Of a DNA stretch of 64,000 bases, positions 36,900 to 49,600 are shown one piece after another. Under the pieces are notes generated by a model, which was given only the letters and a program-made list of their open reading frames with translations, did no database searches and was not told the DNA's origin. Each line of letters begins with the position of its first letter. The stretch's first letter is position 1. This stretch comes from Octopus bimaculoides. Taxonomy: Eukaryota. A program made the position numbers and the translations under genes. The DNA lies in NCBI RefSeq assembly GCF_001194135.2, contig NC_068993.1, positions 25,625,583 to 25,689,582 on the forward strand, written 5' to 3'.

Positions 36900-39700
36900 G
36901 AAGGCACTAGGCTCCATCACCTACGGTTGCAGAGAAACTCACTTGCTTGTCAACTAACTCCTGCCTGTGAACTGCCTCCTTCCTGTGAAAAGGTGCACTT
37001 GGTTGACTCACCATTCCAGCCTGTCATTTCTGTCTGTTAGCTCAACTCACATCACAGCCTGCCATTAGTTTCAAGATCACTTCACACAATAGCAAATGAT
37101 CCTCTACCCTCTAACACACGCACACACAGGCGCTCACGCACACGCATGCACACACACCAAAATTCTTTCAACAACTAAAAAGGATTTACTATCTCCCTGT
37201 ACACCCCTTGGCAACTATTCCTATCTAATTACAACTATCTACAAGTGAGAAATCCAGCCAAACCCCAGCCCTCACATCATCTCATTGTTAATTGTCCACT
37301 AAGGCTGACCTTCCATAGCATTGTAATGATCTCTTCTCATTTATCATCACTAGCTTAATCATTTGTTGAGCCAATCACCCTATGACTTCCAGCACTTGAG
37401 ATTGGCATTCTCTTGACAGAAATGTTATTCCATAATTAACATTTGTCACTCTTCCCTGCCCCACTAAGCTGTACAGCATGCATTCAGTGGTTCCATTGAA
37501 ACATCATCTCCAATGTGAACATGTACATGTCCTTCATCTCTTCCAGTCTCACTGGTACAGCACTCAGGTATCTCCACTCAAACAAGAACACTGCCCAATG
37601 GGGCACCAACTCCTCTGCCTACTATAACTGAGATGACATGATGCACTAGAACACTGCGACAGTCAGGGAGGTATAACCTCTTTCAGCTATGACTTGATCA
37701 TTTAATGGTGTCTCTCTACAATCCTGTCTCTTCTCAGTCGGTACATAATTCTAAAGTAGTGCCTGATATTCCACCTGTCTTGAATTTCTCTCATTGATTC
37801 TGAACAAAATGTGGTATTTTTGTCCCATCCACTGAGTACTTCTCCAAAAAGATTTCCCTTAGAACCTTTGCAACTTTAACTGCAGCCTCTATCCTAACTC
37901 CCTCTATGTAGCTACTTGACCAGGCCTACAGTCAATCATAGTAAAATACAATCTTGCCAATAGTACATTACATCCACTGCCAGTTGTCTTTCACTTAGAT
38001 ATTTCCTGTTTCATACACAGGCTTGACTGACTGATACCTGTTACCACTTCTAACTACCTTCTAAACCTCCCTGATGACATTCAAAGACAAACTTTCCGAC
38101 CAAAAACAACATTCTGACACCCCTATTTAGTGCATGTTATGCATTGTCTTCAACTCCAGGTACCGCAAACATCGAACTTTAGTCATTCATCTCTCAAAAT
38201 CTTCTGGTACTCCCACCCAGGTTTTCCTCATCTTGGTAAAATCATCCATTTCATTTTCCTCTGAAGACACCAGCTTTGAAACTTCAGGTCAAATATGGCA
38301 ATCAACTCACATGGAATTCCAAGGAATCACTCAACAATCATCTCAGTGGCTCCCTTTGCTCAAATTCTTCTCTCATTTGTGGTTACTGATTCTCTCCACC
38401 CAAGCACAGTAGCTTAATCAATCCAAATTTGAATATCATGCAACCCCTACCTCAGAGCTCTACAGTACAATATCCTATTTGTCTATCCTATCTTTCCTCC
38501 TAAGCCAGACCACATCCTTCACCTCAGCATCATTTATTTCTAGAACAACTCCCAAAGCTATTCTATTAGTATCACACCATACAACACCCTTTTCCAACTC
38601 CCTCTCCATGATATCCTTCATCATTGCAGTTGTCTTCTCTCCAGCTTCCTCTCCTCAGTTCATTCTATTAGTTCTCCTCTTTGCATAGCTACATGCAGTT
38701 CAGAGCCAACAAGTGATAGGTTAGAGACCTACCTATAATGCACACATTGTGCATTATGGCAATTTAAATCATCCTTTAAACCTGGAATCTCATTTCCCCT
38801 CTAAAACACCAGCCTGCCCAACATGCTTTTCTTCAGCCTCAGTGCTAATATTGTCTCTCTTACCATAGATTCCAGCAATTTCACAGCCAGCCCAAACATT
38901 TTCAGATGATCCACAATCCACGCTGCCATCACCACTGTCTCATCCACCAAGATGTGATCTAAGTAGGTGTTGGTGGCCCCTTTCACTCTGTCCTTGTTTT
39001 TCTAATACCATCTTGAGAGTTGTTGCCATGATTTTCAGCATCGATTTTTTTTTTCAAACCATAGATATTACTCCCGCATTTCACCAGCTGGTATTTCTAC
39101 TTCTCGGCTACACAAGGCTGCAGGTAGACTGACTTCAAATTAACTATCATAGAAGCCCCCATCATTTGTTTTGACTCTTGCAAGGTCTTTCTATCTGCAT
39201 CTGTAGTCTCACTACCTTTGTGACATACCAAATGGTAAACCATGTCCACTGGCCAGATCTTATTCTTCATTAGCTAAACAACTGTCATCAGTGACAACGC
39301 TTCATTCTCCACTTCTTCCTCCCACATCATTAAAATGCCTTCCTTAATCCATATCTTCACCACCCTCTCAAATTTGGCTTTTTCCTCCACCCACTTTTCA
39401 AAAACATCTTTTGTTGCAGTTCACCCTATTGTACAGAAGAAGAAGGAAGGCTCTGTGCTCCATTACAAATCAGCAGAATAAATGAATGGTCATGAAGAAC
39501 TTTCACTTGCTTCCTGAGACCTATCTGTGAACTGGTTCCTTCCTGTGAAAAGGTACACTTCATTGACTTCACCTGACATTATTTTTGTCACACTCACTCC
39601 ACTCAATCTAGCTCACCATCTCCACCTCTTATCTCAGCTCAAAACATCACAATATTTAATATCTATTCTTTCTAAGAACATGGAGAGAAATGAAAGTAGA
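36900..39700 (+). mobile_element. Heavily decayed CR1/L2-like LINE sequence
   Basis: C/T-rich coding-like composition. The 3'-type block tgtgaactg..ttcctgtgaaaaggt.cact occurs twice (about 36965 and 39525). No intact motifs; boundaries approximate. Confidence 0.4.
38735..38806 (+). repeat. Direct repeat, copy 1 (copy 2 at 41622-41693), beginning with hairpin ataatgcaca-cat-tgtgcattat
   Basis: 70 of 72 positions identical between copies. Confidence 0.92.
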
Positions 39701-39989
39701 CAGTTTATTTAAGTGAGACAAACAGGAATAACACTAAATAAAAGAAGCCAGAAATCAATGTAATTATGAAAGGAGTTGCGAGAAGACACAGCTTGATGGC
39801 AGTCCAGGAATTGCAAACACATTGAGATGAAGAGAACTAAAAGTAGAATACATTTTTTTTTGATGTTCTCAAGAATAAATAGAGCAATTCAACTTCTAAC
39901 ATATTTTTATAAAATTGGTCTTGTATATAGTCAAAAGAAATCACTGTAACTGACAAGAAAAACAAAAGACACAAAAAATGGTTGCCTAC

Positions 39990-40112
39990 CTATGCAATCC
40001 AATGAAGTATCCATCCAGTAACCTGGGTTGCAGTCACAATCATAAGAGCCAGGTACATTGTAACAGAGCTGGTCACATCCATTTTTTAATTCTGAGGCAC
40101 ATTCATCAACAT
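39990..40112 (-). CDS. Internal exon C: cbEGF domain (D)[40 protein letters not shown]
   Basis: Within ORF 39931-40131. Acceptor TTCACAG, donor GTAGGC, 123 nt, phase 1-1, canonical cbEGF consensus. Confidence 0.96.
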
Positions 40113-41621
40113 CTGTGAATATATGAAACAAAAAGAAAGAACATTGATTTAAAAAATATTTACTTCATATTTTCACAGAATTAAATGCAATTCAGTTAAA
40201 CTTTTCAAGATGAGCCACAAGTTTAAAAAAGAAAAGAAAACCCAGAACTGCACATTGTGACATGTCTGTATCATTACTTAAATGTATTTGTTAGTGAATT
40301 CTATATTAATTATAAATTAATTAAAGCTACATTGCTTTTGCTTCATTATTTTACCATAATGAATAATTATATCTATTATTATTGGTAATTTTACTGATAT
40401 CACATTCCCCTGCTGGACTTCTCTTAACAAGCTTTTAGTTCTATGTGTAAAATCAGAATATTTTCTATACTCTTACAATGTGAAGGCATTGCAAATGAGA
40501 GGTGTAAAGCATCTCAACAGATCTATAATCACAATGACACAATTTTTATGAGACTTCTCTTATCATAATCCCAACAACCTAACACTTAAGCATCATTATA
40601 TATTCATTGGACTATTAATCTCATAATTAAATAGCCATATTGGACATTTCAGCTTAAAGAGGGAAGTGATGGGGCAATCATTAGTTCATTATATATTTAG
40701 TTATTATTACTCTGTGTCAAAATCTCACAATGGTTGACTGCTTTCTATCTCATGGGCCCAATAAAATAAGTGCCTGTACTTTGTTTGTATCAGTTCAAAA
40801 GATTAAACCACTTTTCAAAGTTGTGGTCTCGTGACAATGAAAAAATTTACATTCCTTACTTTCGTTCTCACCCTAGTTCCAAAACATTTACACCTATTTT
40901 CTTCCACCTGATTTGTCTTTTTATTAAACCATGGAAACTTTTTTTAAATGGAAGCCCAGAGGGGTTTGTGGATGTAACATGGTTGAATGCTTTAGGTGTT
41001 TGTTTTACAATTATGAGGATCTAGATTTCGCCCCACTGATTGGCATCTTAGACAAGTTTCTTTTACCATAGCCTCAGTTTGACCAAATGTTATGAGTGAA
41101 ACTGGTTTGATGGACACTGTATGGAAGCCCGTTAGATAGATTGTAGAAAGTAGGGTGCTGACACTGATGGCAGTTGTTCAGCTGAGGAAAGTATAAGGTC
41201 TGGTCTGTATTCAACCAGTAATTTAAAGAACCAGGCCTGTCACACCGATTCTGCCTGCAAATTACATTAAAGACACATGTTTTTGGAATACTGAACCATT
41301 TACTTGGTAATTGATAAATCCAGTTGAGTGACCAACTGAATACTACTCAAAACTAAAAGGAAACTCGTTTACTGAGGAAGTTACACAGATTATAATTAAC
41401 AGTGAAATATAATTCTGGCACCAACTGAGCTGCTATGACATATTATTTTGGTTTGGCTCAGGTTTGGTCTCATTCCTGATAGGAATTATTTGAATAGCAA
41501 GTTACTACCTGTAACCTTAGGTATCCGCAAATTTTCATCAGTCTTTCAAGTGTTCAGAATCCTCATGCAGTCTTTAGAACCCTCCTGCAGTTTTCAGCAG
41601 TCTTTCAAGTGCTTAGAACCC

Positions 41622-41693
41622 ATAATGCACACATTGTGCATTATGGCAATTTAAATCATCCTTTAAACCTAAAATCTCATTTCCCCTCTAAAA
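41622..41693 (+). repeat. Direct repeat, copy 2
   Basis: See 38735-38806. Confidence 0.92.
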
Positions 41694-41741
41694 AACCTGG
41701 CATGCTTTTCCTCAGTCTCAATGCCAAGTTGTTGATATCAT

Positions 41742-41962
41742 TAAGGTGGTGAGCTGGCAGAATCATTAGCACACCAGGCAAAATGCTTAGCAGCATTTCA
41801 TCTGTTGCTACATTTTGAGTTCAAATTCTGCTGAGGTCAACTTAACCTTTCATCCTTTTAGGGTTGATAAAATAAGTACCAGTAAAGAAATGGGGTCGAT
41901 GTAATCGACTAGCCTCCTCCCCCAAAATTTTAGGCCTTGTGCCTATAGTAGAAATGATTATT
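41742..41962 (+). mobile_element. SINE family A, full length
   Basis: Head, core and tail (ggccttgtgcctatagtagaaa) all present. Confidence 0.9.
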
Positions 41963-41980
41963 ATTATTATTACTATTAAG

Positions 41981-42150
41981 AAGGAGGTGAGCAGACAGAA
42001 TGTTTAGCAATATTTTGTTCACCTTTATGTTCTGAGTTTAAATTCCACTGAGGTCGACTTTGCCTTTCATTTTTTTGGGGGGGTCAATAAAATATGTACC
42101 AATTGAGCATTGGGATCAATGTAATTGACTACTCCCTCCCTCAGATTTCA
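41981..42150 (+). mobile_element. SINE family A, second tandem copy, diverged
   Basis: gaggtcgactttgcctttcat core and head remnant. Confidence 0.8.
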
Positions 42151-42155
42151 GAAGA

Positions 42156-42197
<42 letters not shown>

Positions 42198-42632
42198 TGA
42201 GTGAGAGAGCAATGTATGCCATCTAAGTGACATTAAAATACAAATATATGAAGATCAATATACCCATCATGACTACCCATCTGATATGGGCACATCAGAC
42301 ACATGAGTCACAACCACATGTGCATGACATGGTGATCTCATATCAAGATAAAATGCACCTGAGTTTGCAGGTGGGGCCCAGTTAGAATTTTCTTCAGGTC
42401 AAGTAGCCCATCATACTCAAAAGGTTCCTGAATAAGGTTTGTTTAAGGATGATGAATGAAACACCTATGTTTGCAGAGGTGAATTATTCAAACTCCAAAC
42501 AATTCCCCTCAACACACGGCTCTGGTGCTCCCCCACTACTCCTGCTCATGATCAGAGATGCCACTAAAGGACATGCTCAACTGGTTAAGGTCAAGCAACT
42601 GACAAGCAAATCTATAGCAATTATTATTATTA

Positions 42633-42700
<68 letters not shown>

Positions 42701-42971
42701 GATAACATTATTATGTAAAACAGTAACAATACATTTGTTGATGGAAAGAGAATCTGAATCATTTTGAACTGATACTAACTCCACCACAGTTACAGCAGCA
42801 CTAATACTGCCACCACAACAATACTCCACTCCTACATCTTGAATCCCCTCCTTCTAGCAATACCACAATACCAAACAAAGAATTTTAAACAGTGTGTGTA
42901 TGTGTGGGGTGGTGGTGCATGTTTGTGTATGCATGTGTACACATACACACATGCATACATGTAAAGATATT

Positions 42972-43173
42972 CTTTTCTACTCTAGGCATAAGGTCCAAAA
43001 CTTTTGGGGAGGTGGGGGCAGTCAATTAAATCGACTCCAGTATGCAACTGGTACTTAATTTATTGACCTTGAAGGGATGAAAGGCAAAGTCGACCTTTCA
43101 GAACATAAAGACAGACAAAATACTACTAAGCATTTTGCCCAGCATGCTAATCTTTCTGCCAGCTCACCCCCTT
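42972..43173 (-). mobile_element. SINE family A about 44 nt from the exon B donor
   Basis: Reverse-oriented head, core and tail. Imperfect TSD atacatgtaaagatatt / atacactcaaagatatt. Confidence 0.88.
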
Positions 43174-43216
43174 ATACACTCAAAGATATTAAGAAAAATA
43201 TTAAGGAATATCAGAC

Positions 43217-43339
43217 CAGAACAGTTGAAACCATCAGTGAGTTCAAATCCGTGTGTCAAACATTCACAGTAAAATGACCCAATAGTATTCACACAGTTTT
43301 CTTGACAGGGATTAAAACCTTCCACACATTCATTGATAT
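43217..43339 (-). CDS. Internal exon B: cbEGF domain (D)INECVEGFNPCQENCVNTIGSFYCECLTHGFELTDGFNCS
   Basis: Within ORF 43164-43349. Acceptor TTGTCTGTAG, donor GTCTGA, 123 nt, phase 1-1. Confidence 0.95.
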
Positions 43340-45057
43340 CTACAGACAATCAAAAGAAAAACAACAATAATAATAATAATAAAATAATAATATCAAAGAT
43401 TAAAAAAATCATGTAATATTATACAAATTGATGGAGTAGAATTTTTTAAAAATTTATTCACACAAAACAATATGAAAAACAAGAATTATAATAAGCCAAA
43501 GAAAAAGATAAAACAATAAAATCACTATAATAAAACCAAACACAAAAGTAAACTTTCATAATACATTTGTTTTAATAACATTAAGTTAATGGTCACCTAG
43601 CCATAGTAAACAGTAACACATTCAAAATAACATGCAAAAAAATATTAATCAGAAATAATGTACACAGAAGGAGAAAACTTTGTCCTTATGTTACTCTATG
43701 TTATCTGTGTTACTCTGTGTTTGTATTCTACTCTCTGTATCTGGCATATGATGTTCAAATAATTGTATTTCAACTGTGTAGTTGTGTAGCTTGTATTTGC
43801 TCACTGCTATTTTTCTAATAATTCTATATTAGTCATTTCATTTTGAAAATTTATTTAAGTCGTGATCCTCGCATGTGGAACTGCCAGACCCAGCTGCAAG
43901 TTGTAATGTTACAATAAAAATAAAAAATTCTTTAATAATTAGGTGATAAAAAGTGCAAAGAATCTAGTCATGCAGATGATATGATGAAGACATAAATGAA
44001 TCCTTACAATTGAAGCATCAGTATTTTGGAGTAGGCAATCCAGAGTATGTATGACTATTTAAATGGAATTGAATGTAAAACATAATCTCTTTTTGAATAA
44101 CATATTACATATTTTTATATCATTATTTAGTCATTGCTATGTTACTTCATAGGCTACATCAATGTATTTAGGCAATGTAAATATATTATTGGATATCAAT
44201 ATTTAATTCATTTCATTGCATAGATATGTGGAGGAAGGTGAATAAGATGCTGAGAGATTTATGTTTCTCTCAATAACAAGACAAGTGAAGCAACAAATCA
44301 CAATTTGGTGATGAGTAGCCTTCGCTACTCATCACAAAATGATTATTTATTATTATCATATTTCCTCCTTATCCATGACATTTACCATAATATGGTGTGC
44401 TGGAGTTAGTCTCAGCTTAACTCCAACAACTGGCCATTGCTACCTTTAGTGTAGTCCATTCTGCTGTGATTATTTAGACTAGATCTTTGATCTGAAGACA
44501 GCTCAACATGCTGATGTATTACTTCATCTACAATAACACACAAGTCATCATTTCTGTATTCTTTCCACCAAACAGTCTCAAAGACCCTACCATAGGTAAT
44601 GAAGGATGTTGTTTCTCCACTAAGTCATAAAATCTAGCTTTAAAGATATGTTGTTAAAGAGAAACTTATTCTCTTGAGAGGCAAGTCAGACTATCATAAG
44701 TAGCAGCCATAAAATTTGAAATCAGCACTGCAAGTTGATAAAATATCTGACAGTTATGCAGGGCTCACACTGTTTAAAGATTTAAATAGTGTCTAGTTAT
44801 AGTTTTTGTGAACTGTGCTATTGCTAAAAACACACATCATAGTAGTTTGAAATAACATCAGCTGCCAACTTTCCATTTTGTTAGCCACTTTCTTTTTGAC
44901 AAGATACAATGTAAAATGAAAATTAAATAAAGAAGACACTGATCCAAACAAAATTTTAAAAATTGTACATAAGTTACCCACCTGCATGCCTGTGTGATTA
45001 ATCATTTGCAAAAATTTTAAAGTTATATGGAAGAAAATCACTCAGCAAGCTACATAC

Positions 45058-45183
45058 CTATACATGAGAATCTGTCATAGGAGAGTTTCATGCCAGCAGA
45101 GCTACATATACATTCATAAGAGCCTTCCAGATTGATGCAGGTTTCTCCACAAGTGTTGTTATCAAGGAAACATTCATCTATAT
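45058..45183 (-). CDS. Internal exon A (most 5' recognised): cbEGF domain (D)IDECFLDNNTCGETCINLEGSYECICSSAGMKLSYDRFSCI
   Basis: Within ORF 45050-45235. Acceptor CTTTTCCAG, donor GTATGT, 126 nt, phase 1-1. Confidence 0.96.
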
Positions 45184-45679
45184 CTGGAAAAGACAGCAAG
45201 GACAATAAACCACAATGTACATTGTTTTCAGACATTTAGGAGTTGTTATTGAGCAGGTAGCTCTAGTAAGTTCAACTGATGAAGTCTTATAAAAATTCCT
45301 CTTGGAGCAGAACTAAAATGGTAGGGAATCCTGAAATAAAGATCTAAACTGAAGCAGAACTGTAGCATGGTCAGTCCAACTGGTTAAATCATATAGAAAA
45401 GAGATCAACTGGGGATGACCTATAGCAAGGACTGAATCATTTTAGTTGTGTCTTAATCACAGCTATTCATTTATTATTTTACTAGTTTTAGCCTCTAGAC
45501 TGTGGCTGTACTATAGCACTGATTTCAAGAGTTTTTAGTCGATCATATTAATGCCAATATTTATTTCAGTCTGGTACCAGTTTACTGATCTTTGTTTGTT
45601 GAACTGTTATGGTACAGAAAATTAACAACATATCTTGTAACAATAGCTTTTACCAATGTAAACATAAACACACACACCA

Positions 45680-46080
45680 ACATCATCACCTTCTTCATTA
45701 TCATTATCATCATCATCTTCAATAGCAGCACCATCTTTTAATGTCTGCCTTCCATTCTGACATGGGTTGGACAATTTGAAAGGATCCAATGGGTCAGAGG
45801 ACTGCATCATGCTTTAGTATCTGCTTGGTATGGTTTCTACAGCTGGATGCCTTTCCTGACGCCAACCAGTTTACATAGTTCACTGGGTACTTTTATGTGG
45901 CACCAGCACTAAAGATGTGCATGATTGTGATCCCCACCAGGTGAGTAGGACAACAGTAAAGAGTGAGGTGATGAAAAGTTACAGTATGAAGAGAGGGGAA
46001 AAAGAGGTTTCTTGCAGGAGAAGAGATACATGGTTACTAACATTATGCAAGAGAAGGTGGGAGTAATTGGTGAAGAGCTA
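45680..46080 (-). mobile_element. Family C retroposon
   Basis: Homologous to 4676-5010 and 2066-2226. Confidence 0.6.
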
Positions 46081-46127
46081 AAACAAGAAATAAATATGAT
46101 AGCGATGAGGTTTTAGGGTGGACAGAA

Positions 46128-47571
46128 TATGCTGATGACTTTGCTCTAATTGCTGAGTCACAATCAGAACTAGAGGAGAAGTTTCAGGTGTGGAAGCAAG
46201 GATTAGAATCGAAGGGTCTTAGAGTCAATCTAGCTAAAACCAAAGTCCTACTAAGTAGGAAGGCAGACATACCACAAATCCCTTCAGGTAGATGGCCCCA
46301 CTTGATCTGTAGAAAAGGCGTAGGTAGAAACTCCATAAGATGTACCCGGTGTAAACTATGGACACATAAGAGGTGCAGCAATATCAAAGGAGGGTTAAGT
46401 GGGAAGATAGTTTTTGTATGTGGCAGATGCTCAGGGGCCATAAGCACTGAAAATGTGCAGAAAACAGATTCCGTCACATTCCAGGGGGAAAATCTACAAG
46501 TAGTTGATAGCTTCCGTTACCTAGGTGACCAAGTCAGTAGCAGGGGTGGTTGCCCTGAAAGTGTAGCTGCTAGAATAAGAATAGCCTGGGAAAAGTTCAG
46601 AGAGCTCTTACCTCTGCTGGTGACAAAGGGCCTCTCACTCAGAGTAAAAGGTAGACTGTATGAGGCATGTGTGCGAACAGCCATGCTACATGGCAGTGAA
46701 ACATGGCCGTGACTGCTGAGGACATGCGTAAGCTTGCAAGGAATGAAGCTTGTATGCTCCACTGGATGTGTAATGTCAGTGTGCATACACGGCACAGTGT
46801 AAGCGCCCTGAGAGAAAAGTTAGACATAAGAAGCATCAGATGTGGTGTGAAAGAGAGACAACTGTGCTGGTATGGTAACGTGTTGCATATGGATGAGGAC
46901 AGCTATGTGAAAAAGTGTCACACTCTAGCAGTAGAGAGAACCTGTGGAAGAGGTAGACCCAGGAAGACCTGGGATGAGGTGTTGAAGCACGACCTTCGAA
47001 TGTTGGGCCTCACCAAGGTGATGACAAGTGACCGAGATCTTTGGAGATATGATATGCTTGAGAAGACCTCGCAAGACAAGTGAGACCATAACTGTGGCCT
47101 AGCCAGTGCAGCATAACCAGCCCGTTTAAGAGTACGCTGCAATCATTGGGCAATAAACTGCACCTGCAAAGACTTGTTGAGGCAAGTGAAGTCGTTGTCA
47201 TGGCACCATTCGAGCGTGGTCGATGCCGGTGCTGGCTGACAGGACTTGTGCCGGTGGCATGTAAAAAGCACTATTTGAGTGAGGTCGTTGCCAGTGCTGC
47301 CTTACTGGCTCCCGTGCCAGTGGCACGTAAAAAGCACCATTCAAGCATGGCCAATGCCAGTACTGCCTAACTGGCCCTCATGCTGGTGGCATGTAAAAAG
47401 CACCCACTACACTCTTGGAGTTAAGAAGAGCATCCAGCTGTAGAAACATTGCCAGATTGGATTGTAGTCTGGTGCAGCCTCCTGGCTCACCAGCCTTCAA
47501 TCAAACCATCCAACCCATGCCAGCACAGAAAGCAGACGTTAAACGACAACAATAATGATGATGATGATGAT
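46128..47571 (+). mobile_element. 5'-truncated RTE-clade LINE: RT C-terminal half with PHD-like finger, 3' UTR and (GAT)n tail
   Basis: Begins exactly at YADD (46128-46139), continues ..GLRVNLAKTK..FRYLG..LYEACVRTAMLHGSETW, frameshifts near 46707, then GRGRPRKTW, stop at 47083. Confidence 0.95.
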
Positions 47572-48464
47572 TCTCCCTTTAATTTTTCAGGTTGTAGGTG
47601 GTGGGTGGTTATTACTCCATTCACATTTTCTGTTGAGGTTCTGTCTATTTTCTATTAAATGTGTGGCCCCAGTAATCTGTCTGAGTGTTGTGTCTGTTCT
47701 GTGTCAATAAGATTGTTGATGTCTTTTTCAAAGATATTAATGGAACAGACATAGCAGACAGTAAAGTTTTCTCATGGACACATTTTATTAGGAGCTCATT
47801 TATTCCTATACTATGCATGAAATATGTGTTTATGTATGTGTGCACAAGTTCACACACACACACACACACACACATGCATGCATGCGCACACAATTATAAA
47901 TGCATGCTTATATAACCTTCACACATACAGAGATAGTTTATGAACATGCAGTAATCACACATAATCACTGGCTATAGTAGAATGGATAGTGGTAGTGAGA
48001 ATACCTTACAGAGTTCTGTTATGTTCCACCAAGATTTACTTTATCTTTCATCTATCGAATGTTGATAAAATAAGCATCAGTGGATTATTGGATTCAATAT
48101 AATCTACTGAACTCTCCCATGTGTAGACTGTGGCTCACATTTTCCTGAATCTAATAAAATCTTTAATAAACAAAGGAAGCCACATATGATCATTTCAATG
48201 GTGACGTAAAGCAGAGTGATATAACAATATTTGTTCGGGACCCACCAATTTTGTAAATAAGAATTCTCACATTCAAGATTATAACAAGCAGCTTCACTTG
48301 TAAAATGTTTCTTACCAGATTCTTCTACTATCTACAATCACTTTTAATCAGTATTTCTTAAAACAATATCTTCGTGCAACAAAATGTCACAATTATTATC
48401 ATTTCAGTTTTTAAGTTTTTAACTCTGCTAAAGACATGATTTTTAATAAAGTAGTAGACACTCA

Positions 48465-48688
48465 TTAGCCCTTTTGATACCAACCCATCCAAAACTGCCC
48501 CTGCTTTTATGACACAAGTTTTCTATATAAAGTGATCGAAATTTAAATTTCCCATTAAAATTCCATGTTAATTTAGGTTGCATTTACCAGCCAAGATATC
48601 TTAGCAAATTCTTTATTATTTTCAAAATTAATTGAAATAAGGAAGGAGTTGTTCAACAGAAATATGGCAAAAAAAAAAAAAGCATTAA
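48465..48688 (-). mobile_element. TTAA-type (piggyBac-like) MITE, diverged copy
   Basis: Ends ttagcccttttgataccaacc and aatatggc..gcattaa match the termini of 55293-56952 in reverse orientation. Confidence 0.65.
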
Positions 48689-49214
48689 AATATCCTATAA
48701 CACTTAACTGACACAGTCATTTATTACCATTAATAATTATAACAACAAACAATGTTACATTTTCCTCAACAATGATGCCCACTGTATCCTCACAACACAC
48801 TTGTGTTGCCTCACAGCTGTTGACTTTCTCAGACAATAAGTGAATCCATGCAGTTGCCAAGTGACATCCAAGAGATTGAAAAAGGCTACACAGAAAGCCT
48901 CCACAACAATGAGAAGACGATTTGGGCCAAGATGGAGAAGAAGGGTGTAATCAAGAAAGAATTGAAAGCTTGTTAAGAGTAGAAATGTATAACAGCATCC
49001 AATAGCATGGACATATGAGCGTGTGTATGTGTGCGTATTTATACAGATACACACACACACATACATGCTATAATAAATGTCATTGTTTCAGTGTGTGTGT
49101 GTGTGTGTGCTACTAAAGAGATATAGTAGGAAGAAGGGAGGCAGATATTTTGTGCTCATTTTTCCATATTTGTATAGGTAGGATGAGTTTCAAACACAGT
49201 TTACTCTTCCATTA

Positions 49215-49600
49215 CAATCCTCATCACCAAGTTGCTAGCCACTTGTCATTTTTGTGAAGTTCAACATCCAGAGATCAGCTTTCATCACTTCTATCCATGT
49301 TTCTCAGCCTTCCATTTCTGTAGGTTCTTTTCATGGGCTGACTTGATCATTTTCCCCTAACTGTCATCCTGCATTGCATGTCTATACCAGTACAGTGCAC
49401 TACACTCAAATACTATAGTTGATACTTCTTATACTCAGTTCTACTCACTTCAGTTCCATCATCAATTCATGTTAACATTACACATCCAGCAGAGTATACT
49501 GTTCTTCTTTCCAGCCACTGTACATCCTTTTTATTCAGTGCCCATGTTTCACCATCATGCAATATCATATCTCATATACAGGCATCATACAAATATTTTG
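49215..49600 (-). mobile_element. Old RTE-like LINE C-terminal relic
   Basis: Minus translation LYDACI*DMILHDGETWALNKKDVQWLER is homologous to LYEACVRTAMLHGSETW of the younger RTE. Confidence 0.6.
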
